A stretch of 64,000 nucleotides of DNA from a virus: the IMG/VR virus record IMGVR_UViG_3300006925_000007, positions 1 to 64,000 of that record. One strand, given 5' to 3'. The notes below the pieces were generated by a model. That model made no database searches, was not told where the DNA came from, and saw only the letters and a program-made list of their open reading frames with translations. Of the stretch, positions 37,508 through 47,316 are shown one piece after another. A program made the position numbers and the translations under genes. The stretch's first letter is position 1. Each line of letters starts with the position of its first letter.

Positions 37508-38245
37508 TTATCCGATAACAAAACCTAAGCCGCTTTGTCCATCATTATATAATGTTAGCTCAGTTTCTAATTTGTCCATCTCTGCCATTGCATCAGTTCT
37601 AAGTTGATCTGCGTTCATTGTAGTTCCGCCTTGTGGTCCTGCAATCTGTGTAAATTTACCACGTGCTTCTGCTATCATAAGTTTTGCATGACACAACGAG
37701 TAATCTTTAAGCCAAGGACCAGCATATTGATCTGATATTAGTCCTTCATCTGTTCTATAGTTGTAACACCAAAGAACAGCATTATCGTTTGCTTTAAGTT
37801 TACGATGTATAATAAGTTTTTTATCTTGTGGGCGCCAAGTAAACATAAGCTCTGCTCCAAATAAGCGACCCATTGTTTCTCTGCTTTGTTGTAAGAAGTC
37901 AAATGTAGATAAACTACCTTTACGTGATGATCCTAGTAAGTATGTTTGCATGTATGCTGATTGAAATGGCTCAAAGTCATTACCTGAACCTGCACTTACA
38001 CCTGTTGTTCGTCTATAAATGTCACGCACTTCAATAACTTCATTTGGTAATGTGTATTCGCTTTGGTCTTCTAAAAGTTCTAATACAATAAAACTTTCTT
38101 CAACTGCATTTTCACTTCGTTGTCTGTATTTCTCTAGGCTTTTTTTAATGGCTAGTTCGTAATGTTCTGGATCAAGTTCAACATCGACCATTCCTCCGCC
38201 TAAACGAAGTTCAATTTCTTTTTGTAATTCTGCTTTTTTGCTCAT
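37508..38245 (-). CDS. gp13: Neck protein (T4 gp13-like)
   Basis: LRLGGGMVDVEL...WLKDYSL...RGKF...GPQGGTTMN. Confidence 0.85.
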   Translation of the reverse strand: MSKKAELQKEIELRLGGGMVDVELDPEHYELAIKKSLEKYRQRSENAVEESFIVLELLEDQSEYTLPNEVIEVRDIYRRTTGVSAGSGNDFEPFQSAYMQTYLLGSSRKGSLSTFDFLQQSRETMGRLFGAELMFTWRPQDKKLIIHRKLKANDNAVLWCYNYRTDEGLISDQYAGPWLKDYSLCHAKLMIAEARGKFTQIAGPQGGTTMNADQLRTDAMAEMDKLETELTLYNDGQSGLGFVIG

Positions 38246-38289
38246 GAATACATTCTCCTGGAAGTTCTTTTCCTTACTATGTATTTATC

Positions 38290-38901
38290 TTATTCACTAA
38301 ATAGATTTGTTGCAATTTTTACCATTTCTTCTGCATATTTTTTATCTACAGCATTGGTTGTTTTTAGTTTAGCAATATCTGGTATTTCCCTTGCTGATAA
38401 ATCTTCTAGAAATTCATAATTATCTTCATAAGGGTTTAAATATGTTATATCTAATTGATCCATGCTTACATGTGTTAATTCATCTACTACATTTCCTAAA
38501 AATGGATCTCTAATATCAAAGAACTTATACTTTTCAGTTTCAAATATAAAGAATTTTCTAAAAACAAAATCATCTTTTACAAAAGCACTTAGGTGTGGGA
38601 ACCTTCTAGTAATTTTTGAACTTTTATCTCCAAACAATGTGCCAGAAAATACATATATAATTTTCCATACGCCTATTTTTGTAAGTTCTTGCACTGCTAC
38701 GTCAAAATCAAGTCTATCTTCAAACATTATAATATTATTAAAACCGGCATGTTGAGCAGACTCAAGTGATACTAGCCCTAGCTTCTGATCTAAATCCATA
38801 TCAAGCGAATGAGTTTCTGTATTTTTACAATCTATAATTACACCAAACTTATCATCTTCACTTATGTTAAAAACTTCATAAGGATTAATATAAGTGAACA
38901 T
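38290..38901 (-). CDS. Hypothetical protein
   Basis: 203-aa ORF with TAATG coupling. Confidence 0.55.
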   Translation of the reverse strand: MFTYINPYEVFNISEDDKFGVIIDCKNTETHSLDMDLDQKLGLVSLESAQHAGFNNIIMFEDRLDFDVAVQELTKIGVWKIIYVFSGTLFGDKSSKITRRFPHLSAFVKDDFVFRKFFIFETEKYKFFDIRDPFLGNVVDELTHVSMDQLDITYLNPYEDNYEFLEDLSAREIPDIAKLKTTNAVDKKYAEEMVKIATNLFSE

Positions 38902-40205
38902 TAAAACACTGCCAATATTACTGTTTCGTTATTGAAGCGACCGTTAAGTTTTGTTTCTGTTGTTTTTAGTGTTTGAAACAACTTCTCTGTCTTAGACTTT
39001 GTAGTTTTTTTAATCATTGGTAAAAACTCATCTGTTTTACGAACTGTGCGTTGCACACTTTTTTCTTCGTTATAACCTTGAAGTGTTGTTCCTTTAACAC
39101 TTAGTCCTGATCCATCTCTACCTAGTTTCAATGGATCAACATTACTTGCATAATATAATCCAATTTTGCGATTTTTACAATTAAACACTAATGCAATATT
39201 GGCTCCAATAATCTTTTCAGGTGGAACACTTGCAATACCATAATTACTATCACTTAGTTTGTAATTAAGTTTTTTAACAAGTTGATCTGCTGACTTGAAT
39301 TTAGCCTTACGTGGCTTGCGTTGTGCTTTACTTTCTACAGAAATAATATCACATGCATCTACAATACGCTGATACATTTCTAATAGAGTTTTTGCTTGCT
39401 TGGCTGATAAATGATCGTATCCTTCTTTAAGTTGAGTATACATATCTTTCTCATGTTCGCTCATCTTCTTTAGTTTAGCACTAGTAGGAAAGTTAACCAA
39501 ATCATAAATTTCATCACGCTCGCCTTGATACCATGTTTTAATTAATCTTGCATGTCCGGCTTTACAATTTTCTCTCCGTAATATTTTTACTGGCTCAAAC
39601 TCCTTTAGTAATTGTGCATCATATTCAGATAGATACGTATCTACAAAATTTTCAATATCATTTGCCATTACAATACATGCTTCACGCATACGTTCTTGTA
39701 TGGTAGGTTGATATGTGTTTGCTTTTTCTTTTACAATTTCTTTCTTTGCAGCAAGGATTGGCTTACCTGCCTCTATTGCAGTATTAATTTGCTTTCGTAA
39801 AAACTCTGTTGCTGGTTTAAGATTGCCCATTGTTCCAGCCAATGATTCCCAATACTTATCTTCTTTTTCATTATAATCTGGCATACCTGCTGATAGTAAC
39901 TTGGCTGTAATTCCTGCTGTTACACTTAGCGAATGTCCTGGTGCGGCCTTAACTGCTTTTATATCTTCTTTAGAGAACTCTTCTCCTTGTTGTTTCATCC
40001 ATTCTTCAACTGCCGGATAAAGATCTACTGGCTTGTAGTTGTGATAATACCATTCACGGGCATGTTGAGCTTTGCGATGAAATTGTTCACCTGTAAGTTC
40101 TTCCCAACCTTCCCAAGTTGGAGCTTCAAGTTTTGCACCTCGCTTAATGTGTGGTGCTCTACGTGGCGCCTTTTTCTTTCGGGGCTTTAAGTTTGTCTTT
40201 GCCAT
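38901..40205 (-). CDS. Basic hypothetical protein
   Basis: 434 aa, K-rich; sigma70 promoter TTGACA-17-TATTAT at 40241-40269; AGGAG SD. Confidence 0.65.
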   Translation of the reverse strand: MAKTNLKPRKKKAPRRAPHIKRGAKLEAPTWEGWEELTGEQFHRKAQHAREWYYHNYKPVDLYPAVEEWMKQQGEEFSKEDIKAVKAAPGHSLSVTAGITAKLLSAGMPDYNEKEDKYWESLAGTMGNLKPATEFLRKQINTAIEAGKPILAAKKEIVKEKANTYQPTIQERMREACIVMANDIENFVDTYLSEYDAQLLKEFEPVKILRRENCKAGHARLIKTWYQGERDEIYDLVNFPTSAKLKKMSEHEKDMYTQLKEGYDHLSAKQAKTLLEMYQRIVDACDIISVESKAQRKPRKAKFKSADQLVKKLNYKLSDSNYGIASVPPEKIIGANIALVFNCKNRKIGLYYASNVDPLKLGRDGSGLSVKGTTLQGYNEEKSVQRTVRKTDEFLPMIKKTTKSKTEKLFQTLKTTETKLNGRFNNETVILAVF

Positions 40206-40278
40206 GTAGCTTCTCCTATAATGATGAAATTCTTAAAAGTATAATATTACAGTTTATTGGTTTTGTCAACCATTGCGG

Positions 40279-40710
40279 TTAACTACCGGTAACAAGTGCA
40301 AGCGATCCATCGTCTTGCATTTCAAAATCTTCAATGTAAATGTGCCAATCACCAACAGCTGCTTTAGCCTGTTGAAAACAACTTTCAGCGGCACGCCAAA
40401 GTTCGCCAACGGTACCATTTACAGCCATTGAGCTGAACTCAATCCAAGTAACTTCACTTTCTAGTGTATCTCCCATTGATTCAATACACTTGTATGTAAC
40501 TTTGCGTGGCTTGTTAGTAAAGATCTCAAAGTCCAACGGCATTGCAGTATCGCTCATTGACCAAACAGTTTGGTAACCTTGCTGTTCTTTAAGATCATTC
40601 CAATGTTCAATCTCAAGTGTCATATCATCCACGTCTTCAAATTTCACTCCTTCAAAGTGTAATATCATATCATCTACTGTATCGTCAAATTTTCCTAGTG
40701 CTTTAGACAT
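40279..40710 (-). CDS. Hypothetical protein
   Basis: 143 aa, acidic, under promoter 40742-40770. Confidence 0.6.
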   Translation of the reverse strand: MSKALGKFDDTVDDMILHFEGVKFEDVDDMTLEIEHWNDLKEQQGYQTVWSMSDTAMPLDFEIFTNKPRKVTYKCIESMGDTLESEVTWIEFSSMAVNGTVGELWRAAESCFQQAKAAVGDWHIYIEDFEMQDDGSLALVTGS

Positions 40711-40741
40711 TTTTCTTCCTTTTTACTTAATTTACTTATAC

Positions 40742-40770
40742 AGTATAAGATATCTTGGTGCATTTGTCAA
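40742..40770 (-). promoter_or_regulatory. Sigma70-type promoter with AAGATATCTT palindrome
   Basis: TTGACA-17-TATACT; palindrome at 40747-40756 abuts the -10. Confidence 0.8.
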
Positions 40771-40771
40771 G

Positions 40772-40801
40772 AAAAAACCCAAGAAAAGAATCTTGGGTTT
40801 T
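40772..40801 (-). terminator. Intrinsic terminator after the SbmA-like gene
   Basis: AAAAAACCCAAGA-AAAGAA-TCTTGGGTTTT. Confidence 0.7.
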
Positions 40802-40821
40802 CAATTAGTTACAATTTTTCT

Positions 40822-41793
40822 TTATTTTTCTTTGATTTGTCTTTCAAATTCTCTTAAACGTTTGAACACACTCATTAACTCAATAAGTGTTGGCCACGCT
40901 CTAAAGAGATATTGCATACTACCTTCAACACGTCCAAATGCACGAATAATCTGTTGCATTACACCTAGTGTTACAACGCCGGCTACAATAGCTGGTGCTA
41001 AGAACACATAAGCTGATAACACGTTTGCTTGTAAGTATGTAATACGTCCTACATTAAAATACAAATAACGCAAATAAGACTTAAAGTGAATACTACGAAC
41101 ATCTTGGAAAAGTTCGTTAATAGTTTTTGGTCTCACATTGCCATCATCTTCTGCGATAACAAGTATTTTTCTGTATGCCGCTTCTTTCTTCTGCAAATCA
41201 TATTCAACACCAACTAAGCGTAATATCCAACCTAGTGCTATTAAGAATAATGTTCCGCCTACTGACCAAACAATAGCACCTGTAACAAGTCCATATTGCC
41301 AATCACCAAAGAAGAAGATAGGAATACCTACTGATAGTCCTAATAGAATAGGAACGAACTGAACTAGAACCATAATTGATTCAATAAAACTTGTTCCTAA
41401 TCCTTCCATAATACGACTAAACTTAATAGTATCTTCTTGCACACGCTGAGCGGCGCCTTCGATAGTTCTAGCTTTGTCATATACACTATGATACCATTCA
41501 ACCATTGCTGTGCGCCATCTAAATAGATAGTGTGCTGTAAAGAAACTTACTACTACTGCGATACCTACATAGATAGCCGCCAAGTATAAGAAACTTGCTA
41601 AACTACCCCAATATTCACCTATGGTGATTGCATTGGGTGTTGCTAATGCCTTTTGAATCATATCATAAAATTGGCCGAACCATTCGTTAATCTTAACATC
41701 AATTTCGACTTGTACCCAAAGCGATGATAGGATTATTGCTGATCCTAGCCAGGACCATAAAGCCCATTTTTTTACTGTAAAAAATCTAAACAT
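40822..41793 (-). CDS. sbmA: SbmA/BacA-like peptide transporter
   Basis: INEWFGQFYDMIQKAL, HYLFRWRTAM, IEGAAQRVQEDT, QKKEAAYRK, WPTLIELMSVFKRL; multi-TM, no NBD. Confidence 0.85.
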   Translation of the reverse strand: MFRFFTVKKWALWSWLGSAIILSSLWVQVEIDVKINEWFGQFYDMIQKALATPNAITIGEYWGSLASFLYLAAIYVGIAVVVSFFTAHYLFRWRTAMVEWYHSVYDKARTIEGAAQRVQEDTIKFSRIMEGLGTSFIESIMVLVQFVPILLGLSVGIPIFFFGDWQYGLVTGAIVWSVGGTLFLIALGWILRLVGVEYDLQKKEAAYRKILVIAEDDGNVRPKTINELFQDVRSIHFKSYLRYLYFNVGRITYLQANVLSAYVFLAPAIVAGVVTLGVMQQIIRAFGRVEGSMQYLFRAWPTLIELMSVFKRLREFERQIKEK

Positions 41794-41897
41794 AATTTTT
41801 CCTCTTTATAATGCTAGTTAAGATTAACTACGCATATAACTATTTACCATCTTGGAAGTTCGCAAGTCATAAATACTGTATATAATAGGAAAACCAT

Positions 41898-42980
41898 ATG
41901 CCAAGATTAAGTTTATATAAACCATACAAAAGCAACGATTATAACTTCATGGATAGAAGTATTCTCGAACAATTTTCAATTGGTGGTGTCGCAATACATG
42001 TTCATAAGTATCTTGGACCGCAAGATGACCCGTCTAGTAACGATCCAAGTGAGCCTAACTATAGTAGTGGCACACAAAAAGATATGTTATCTGGTGAAGA
42101 ATTAAATCCAGAAGGTTTAGTTGATGAAACTAAAATCCAAGACTTACTGTTTATGGAAAACAGAGATCGTAAATACGATCCTGATATATTTGAACTACGT
42201 GGTGTATATAATGTAAGTGATAACGATTTTGATCTAACACAATTTGGTTTATTTTTAACAAATGATACACTGTTTATTACTTTTCATATAAACGATATGG
42301 TTCAAAAACTTGGCAGAAGATTAATGCCAGGCGATGTTTTAGAATTACCACACTTACGTGACGAATTACTATTAAGCACAGACAGAGATGCTGTTAACAA
42401 GTTTTATGTAGTGCAAGATGCAAGTAGAGGAAGTGAAGGATTTTCACAAACCTGGTATCCACACATTTGGCGTGTTAAGGTAGCACCATTAACAGATACA
42501 CAAGAATACGCAGATATACTTGGAACTGCTGGTGATCCAGATAGTCTTAAAAATAGCCTTAGTGCATACAAAACCGAACTTAATATTAGCAATGCAATTG
42601 TAGAGGCTGCAGAAGAAGCCAATCCAAATAACTTACCACTGGCAGAACATTTATTCGGAGTAGATGATCAAAAAGAAAGTGCATACGAACATGGTGAAGT
42701 TTTACAAACTGGTGATCAATTCCCACAACAACCAAACGATGGAGAATATTTCATAAGAAATGATTTCAATCCAAATAGATTGTTTGTGTTTAGAGGCAGC
42801 AGATGGCATAGGTTATATGATAACATTACAGACAAAACATGGTCTGATAAAACTTACAATGCAGGAGACTTTATTAACAATAATGCAACAACAGTTGTTG
42901 ATAATACAGAGGTCCCAGAACGTCAAGCATTATCTAAGGTGATGACACCAAAGAAAAAAGGACTAGATTCAGACTTTTAG
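41898..42980 (+). CDS. gp14: Neck/head closure protein (T4 gp14-like)
   Basis: QDLLFMENRDRKYD, FDLTQFGLFL, PGDVLELPH; late motif at 41869-41875. Confidence 0.7.
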   Translation: MPRLSLYKPYKSNDYNFMDRSILEQFSIGGVAIHVHKYLGPQDDPSSNDPSEPNYSSGTQKDMLSGEELNPEGLVDETKIQDLLFMENRDRKYDPDIFELRGVYNVSDNDFDLTQFGLFLTNDTLFITFHINDMVQKLGRRLMPGDVLELPHLRDELLLSTDRDAVNKFYVVQDASRGSEGFSQTWYPHIWRVKVAPLTDTQEYADILGTAGDPDSLKNSLSAYKTELNISNAIVEAAEEANPNNLPLAEHLFGVDDQKESAYEHGEVLQTGDQFPQQPNDGEYFIRNDFNPNRLFVFRGSRWHRLYDNITDKTWSDKTYNAGDFINNNATTVVDNTEVPERQALSKVMTPKKKGLDSDF

Positions 42981-42989
42981 GAATAAGCA

Positions 42990-44360
42990 ATGGCAGAGCA
43001 ACAATACTTTTACGACAAACAGATTAGAAGATACATTCAGCAGTTTATAAGACTGTTTAGTGGATTTAGTGTGCAAATGGGCAAGGATGATACTGGCTTA
43101 GCACAAATGCAATTAGTTCCTGTTCGTTATGGCGATATTAATCGTATGGCAGCACATATAACAAGAGAAAATTCAGAAAACATTGTTAATACTGTTCCTT
43201 TTATTAGTTGCTACGTAACTAACTTAGCTATGGCGCCAGAATTAAGAACATTTCCAGCTCATATTGATAAAGTTCAAGTAGCTGAAAAGAAATACAACAA
43301 TGTAACTGGCGAATATGGTAATGAGCCTGGCAACAGATATACAATCGAAAGACATAATCCTGTTACATATATGTTGTCAATGAATTGTGATATATGGACA
43401 TCAAATACTGAACAAAAATTACAACTAATGGAACAAATATTAGTGTTGTTTAATCCAACGTTAGATGTTAAAACATCTGCTAATCCATTTGACTGGAGTG
43501 CTTTAACTTATGTAGAAATGAAAAATACTACATGGAGTAGTAGAAGCGTAGGTAGTAGTATTGACGATATTATTGATGTTGCATCTATACAGTTTGACAT
43601 GCCAGTATTAATTAACCCACCTGCAAAAGTTAAACAACAAAAACTTATTCATACTATTATTAATCAACTATATAATCTGGATGATGCAGATTTAGATAAT
43701 TTTAGACAAAATACTCCATTTGATAGAACTTCAGTTGAATATACTGTCGTTACATTCGAAGATAGAAAAATTAAATACGAAGATGGTGAAATAACACTAC
43801 TTGCACTAGATGGCTCTAACTTAGATTCAAACGATGCTATCATTACATGGGAAAAAGATTTAAAACCTTTTGGAACATTACGTCCTGGTATTAGTCAAAT
43901 TAGATTAAGAAAAAATTCAGAACCAGGCAACGACGAAGATGATATAATTGGAAAACTATACGAACATCCAAATAACCCTGGAAAATTAAATGTTACAATT
44001 GACGAAACTACTTTGCCAACTAATACATTGAGTCCTATTAATGGAATAATAAACGGTATGATAAACTATCCAGGCGATGGAACTGTTCCTGCTCCAAATA
44101 CTGTAGGAATTAGATACTTATTAATGGATTCTATTCCTGTTAGTTCAAATTGGAATGGATTATCAACCGCTAACAAATATGATATTGTTGAGTTTGATGG
44201 AAGTGGATGGTCTATAGTATTTAATGCTAGTTCTAATATTTCGTCTACTCATTACTGTAATAATATATCAACTGGTGACCAGTTAGAATGGAAAAATGGT
44301 AATTGGGTTAATAGTTACGAAGCTGTATACAATGCAGGATTCTGGAGAATCTACTTATAA
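42990..44360 (+). CDS. gp15: Tail sheath terminator/completion protein (T4 gp15-like)
   Basis: YFYDKQIRRYIQQFIRLFS, VPVRYGD, QKLQLMEQILVLFNP. Confidence 0.8.
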   Translation: MAEQQYFYDKQIRRYIQQFIRLFSGFSVQMGKDDTGLAQMQLVPVRYGDINRMAAHITRENSENIVNTVPFISCYVTNLAMAPELRTFPAHIDKVQVAEKKYNNVTGEYGNEPGNRYTIERHNPVTYMLSMNCDIWTSNTEQKLQLMEQILVLFNPTLDVKTSANPFDWSALTYVEMKNTTWSSRSVGSSIDDIIDVASIQFDMPVLINPPAKVKQQKLIHTIINQLYNLDDADLDNFRQNTPFDRTSVEYTVVTFEDRKIKYEDGEITLLALDGSNLDSNDAIITWEKDLKPFGTLRPGISQIRLRKNSEPGNDEDDIIGKLYEHPNNPGKLNVTIDETTLPTNTLSPINGIINGMINYPGDGTVPAPNTVGIRYLLMDSIPVSSNWNGLSTANKYDIVEFDGSGWSIVFNASSNISSTHYCNNISTGDQLEWKNGNWVNSYEAVYNAGFWRIYL

Positions 44361-44782
44361 TGATAGAAGCAAGTGGCTGTATTTTTCTTAGCTCACATAC
44401 TGGAAGAATTTTATTACAACTTAGAAGCACTAATGTTACTCATTCTAAAACATGGGGATTTTTTGGTGGGAAAAGTGAAGAACAAGAACGTCCAGCAGAA
44501 ACACTAAGACGTGAGATAAAAGAAGAAGTAGGTATAATGCCTGAAATAGTAAAAATTATTCCTATAAGCAAATTTACAAGTGGGAATGGTAAATTTGTAT
44601 ACAACAGTTTTGTTGTAATAGTTGAAGAAGAATTTATTCCTATTCTCAACGGAGAAAGCAATGGATATGCTTGGGTTGATATAGGTCAATGGCCTAAGCC
44701 ATTACACCCAGGTGCAAAAATACAATGTAAGTCAAAAGATTTCTTAAAGAAAATAAAAACTATCTACGCAAATGTTAGTTAG
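44360..44782 (+). CDS. Nudix hydrolase
   Basis: Nudix box GGKSEEQERPAETLRREIKEEVG. Confidence 0.9.
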   Translation: MIEASGCIFLSSHTGRILLQLRSTNVTHSKTWGFFGGKSEEQERPAETLRREIKEEVGIMPEIVKIIPISKFTSGNGKFVYNSFVVIVEEEFIPILNGESNGYAWVDIGQWPKPLHPGAKIQCKSKDFLKKIKTIYANVS

Positions 44783-45875
44783 CACTAATACGTTTTTTCA
44801 TACTTTCAACAAACTGTTCACGTAACCATTCAAAATCATTAATTTTGTTTAGTGCATCTACATCATCTTTGTGTTGAATACCATATGCTTTGCCTTCATT
44901 TGCGCCTTTAATACAGTAACGTCCAAAACGTCCGCCATTATCATCTTCACACCATGTTTTTAAACGATCTTCAGTTTCTTTAACAGGAGAATTAGGGTTA
45001 ATTTGTGATGATAATTTTACACATTCACGGAATGCACTACGCCATGTTCTAAATGGATCTCTATTAAAACGTGTTATGTTTGAAACATCTCTAACTGGTT
45101 GATAAAATGCTGATCCTGTGCTGAAGTCTGGTAACACGTGTCCCATTTCAATAACTTGTTGTCTTGGAAATAATTTTATACCGCCAAATCCATATTCCAA
45201 ATCATTAATTGGGTTACGAGCAAACCATACATATGTTGTATTAGCTCTTTTTGCCATTGGTGGAATATAATCAAAACAAAAATCATTCATAATATCTGCA
45301 TCTGCATCAACAATATATACCATTTCTGATTTTGCTAGTTCTCCTGCTTTTTTATGAGCATTACCGATGCCTTCTACATTTTTAACATGTATTGCATCTG
45401 GAAAACGAACTTTTAGTTTTTGATAATTGTGGTCTGCTTCTGCTTCATGGAAACTGATCATAACAATATCAAAGTCTGCTTCGTGATAAGAGCCTATTAC
45501 TTTATTTTTTACTGCTCCGTGTATTACGCCACCTGTTGGAACTAGTTGAATGTCTCCCCAATTTACAGGACGTCCAGTTCTTTTAATTACCTTTGGAAAT
45601 TTGTGTATAACATTATGTCCTACATCACTTGGTTTATAGTGCCAAGGAAAATTAGGGTTTACTGTTGCTCCTTTAAGAACAACCCAAACCATATCTGATT
45701 TACCTGCATATTGTGATGCAAGTTCAGATAAAGAATCTGTATCAGTTGTTTTTTGATCTACGTAAATTATTGGATATGGAGTAAAAATAAATTTCTTTAA
45801 TCTATCCCAAGGTGTAATTACACTTTGTCCATTAAAACTAAGTAAATTATTATTTATTGAAGTTTTGCTAATCAT
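44775..45875 (-). CDS. Glycosyltransferase-like protein (GT-A fold)
   Basis: DIVMISFHE, GIGNAHK, YIVDADA (DxD), YGFGGIKL. Confidence 0.6.
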   Translation of the reverse strand: MISKTSINNNLLSFNGQSVITPWDRLKKFIFTPYPIIYVDQKTTDTDSLSELASQYAGKSDMVWVVLKGATVNPNFPWHYKPSDVGHNVIHKFPKVIKRTGRPVNWGDIQLVPTGGVIHGAVKNKVIGSYHEADFDIVMISFHEAEADHNYQKLKVRFPDAIHVKNVEGIGNAHKKAGELAKSEMVYIVDADADIMNDFCFDYIPPMAKRANTTYVWFARNPINDLEYGFGGIKLFPRQQVIEMGHVLPDFSTGSAFYQPVRDVSNITRFNRDPFRTWRSAFRECVKLSSQINPNSPVKETEDRLKTWCEDDNGGRFGRYCIKGANEGKAYGIQHKDDVDALNKINDFEWLREQFVESMKKRISAN

Positions 45876-46518
45876 AACAATCGCCTTTTATTGTGTATTC
45901 TTTTGTGCCTATATGTGCAACTCTATCACTTAACTGATTGTCAACATGTGAAATATATCCATGTGTTGACGCTTTTTTGCAAAAATATATATCTTCGCCC
46001 ATTAAGTTAGTATAGTCATCATTCCATTCAACGCTATAGTGAGGTTTAGGAATATTTTCATATACACATCTATTTACCAATAACAACCCACTGCCTAATG
46101 CAAATACTTCTTCGACACCGTTGCCGCTAAAGACTCTTTTATCAAGATTGGTTTCATTTTTAAATGCTACCGGTCTATGCGGTTTTACCCTAGTGCTATA
46201 ATTTGCTCCTACAATGTCTTTTTTATGTGATAGCAAAGAAAATAATGCATCTACTGGAAATTTCATATCACTGTCAACCCAAAATATATGTGTTGCTTGT
46301 GTTTCTAAAACTTCGTCAACTAGTTGTTGGCGTTGCATTGCTACTTCACTACCCATTACCATATGTAAGGAAACTTTTTGTCCTGCCTCACCACATTTTT
46401 TCATAAGCATAGCCAAGCTATAACTAAATGTAGATGTTACATGGTCCCTTACTGGAACACATATTGCAACATTTGAGATATAATTAGGTTTCTGTATAAA
46501 CTTGGGTATACTTACCAT
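45868..46518 (-). CDS. Glycosyltransferase family 2-like protein
   Basis: VAICVP, FWVDSDM (DxD), GEDIYFC, HIG. Confidence 0.75.
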   Translation of the reverse strand: MVSIPKFIQKPNYISNVAICVPVRDHVTSTFSYSLAMLMKKCGEAGQKVSLHMVMGSEVAMQRQQLVDEVLETQATHIFWVDSDMKFPVDALFSLLSHKKDIVGANYSTRVKPHRPVAFKNETNLDKRVFSGNGVEEVFALGSGLLLVNRCVYENIPKPHYSVEWNDDYTNLMGEDIYFCKKASTHGYISHVDNQLSDRVAHIGTKEYTIKGDCYD

Positions 46519-46523
46519 TTAAA

Positions 46524-46943
46524 TTAATCAGTAAGTTCTGAGCCAAGCTCTGCTTCAATTTCTTGCACTGAGTCATTTAATGATTTAGCAAGAGTTGTGG
46601 CTGATTTAACACATGATGCAAATGCATCATCTGATAGTGATGCCATATAATTCATATGCTCTGGTTGAACTTTACCAATTGTAAGAATATCAATTGCTGC
46701 CAAACGTGCAAGACGTGATATCCAATATTCTTCTTCTGTTGCTTCAATGCCGCTAATTAAAGCGTCAAATTCACCGTTTTTAGCAACAAAGTCAGTAGCC
46801 ACTGCTTCTAGTATTGCTAAGTCTGGATGTGACTGTGAACGTGCTTGCATTAGCTCATTTTGTAAATTTAATGCTTGACGTTCTATTGTTGGATGTGCTC
46901 CCAACAAAAATGTTTCTATTTCAAATCGTGTTCTTGAACTCAT
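46524..46943 (-). CDS. Hypothetical protein
   Basis: 139 aa; first gene after promoter 46985-47013. Confidence 0.6.
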   Translation of the reverse strand: MSSRTRFEIETFLLGAHPTIERQALNLQNELMQARSQSHPDLAILEAVATDFVAKNGEFDALISGIEATEEEYWISRLARLAAIDILTIGKVQPEHMNYMASLSDDAFASCVKSATTLAKSLNDSVQEIEAELGSELTD

Positions 46944-46984
46944 AGTTTTCTCCTGTATTGAGTATACTTGTATGTATTCGTTTA

Positions 46985-47013
46985 ATTATACAACATAAAG
47001 CATACACTGTCAA
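46985..47013 (-). promoter_or_regulatory. Consensus sigma70 promoter of the glycosyltransferase operon
   Basis: TTGACA-17-TATAAT. Confidence 0.8.
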
Positions 47014-47041
47014 GAGCGACTCGACAGTGTATAATCATAAT

Positions 47042-47224
47042 TTATGATGCGCCTGTTGAGTTAGGGTTTTGCCATCCGCCAAAAGTGGCCGATAACTTAA
47101 TGTTCGTTGTCACGTTAGGTGAGATGAACGTTCCTAATTGGTATAGTGAAACTGTTCCACTTAATCCAAAGTAGTCACGCACTGTGCTCATGCTAATTTG
47201 TGATCCGGTTGCTGGTAATGCCAT
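47042..47224 (-). CDS. Small tail-fibre-associated protein
   Basis: MALPATGSQISMSTVRDYFG N-terminus typical of small proteins downstream of S74 fibres; AGGAG SD; late motif at 47277-47283. Confidence 0.6.
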   Translation of the reverse strand: MALPATGSQISMSTVRDYFGLSGTVSLYQLGTFISPNVTTNIKLSATFGGWQNPNSTGAS

Positions 47225-47316
47225 TCTTGTTACTCCTCGAGTTTATTAACGTTAACAAACACTCGTTTGTTAGTATTATTTATCGTATTTAATATATTAG
47301 ATGTGTTAATGGTTAA

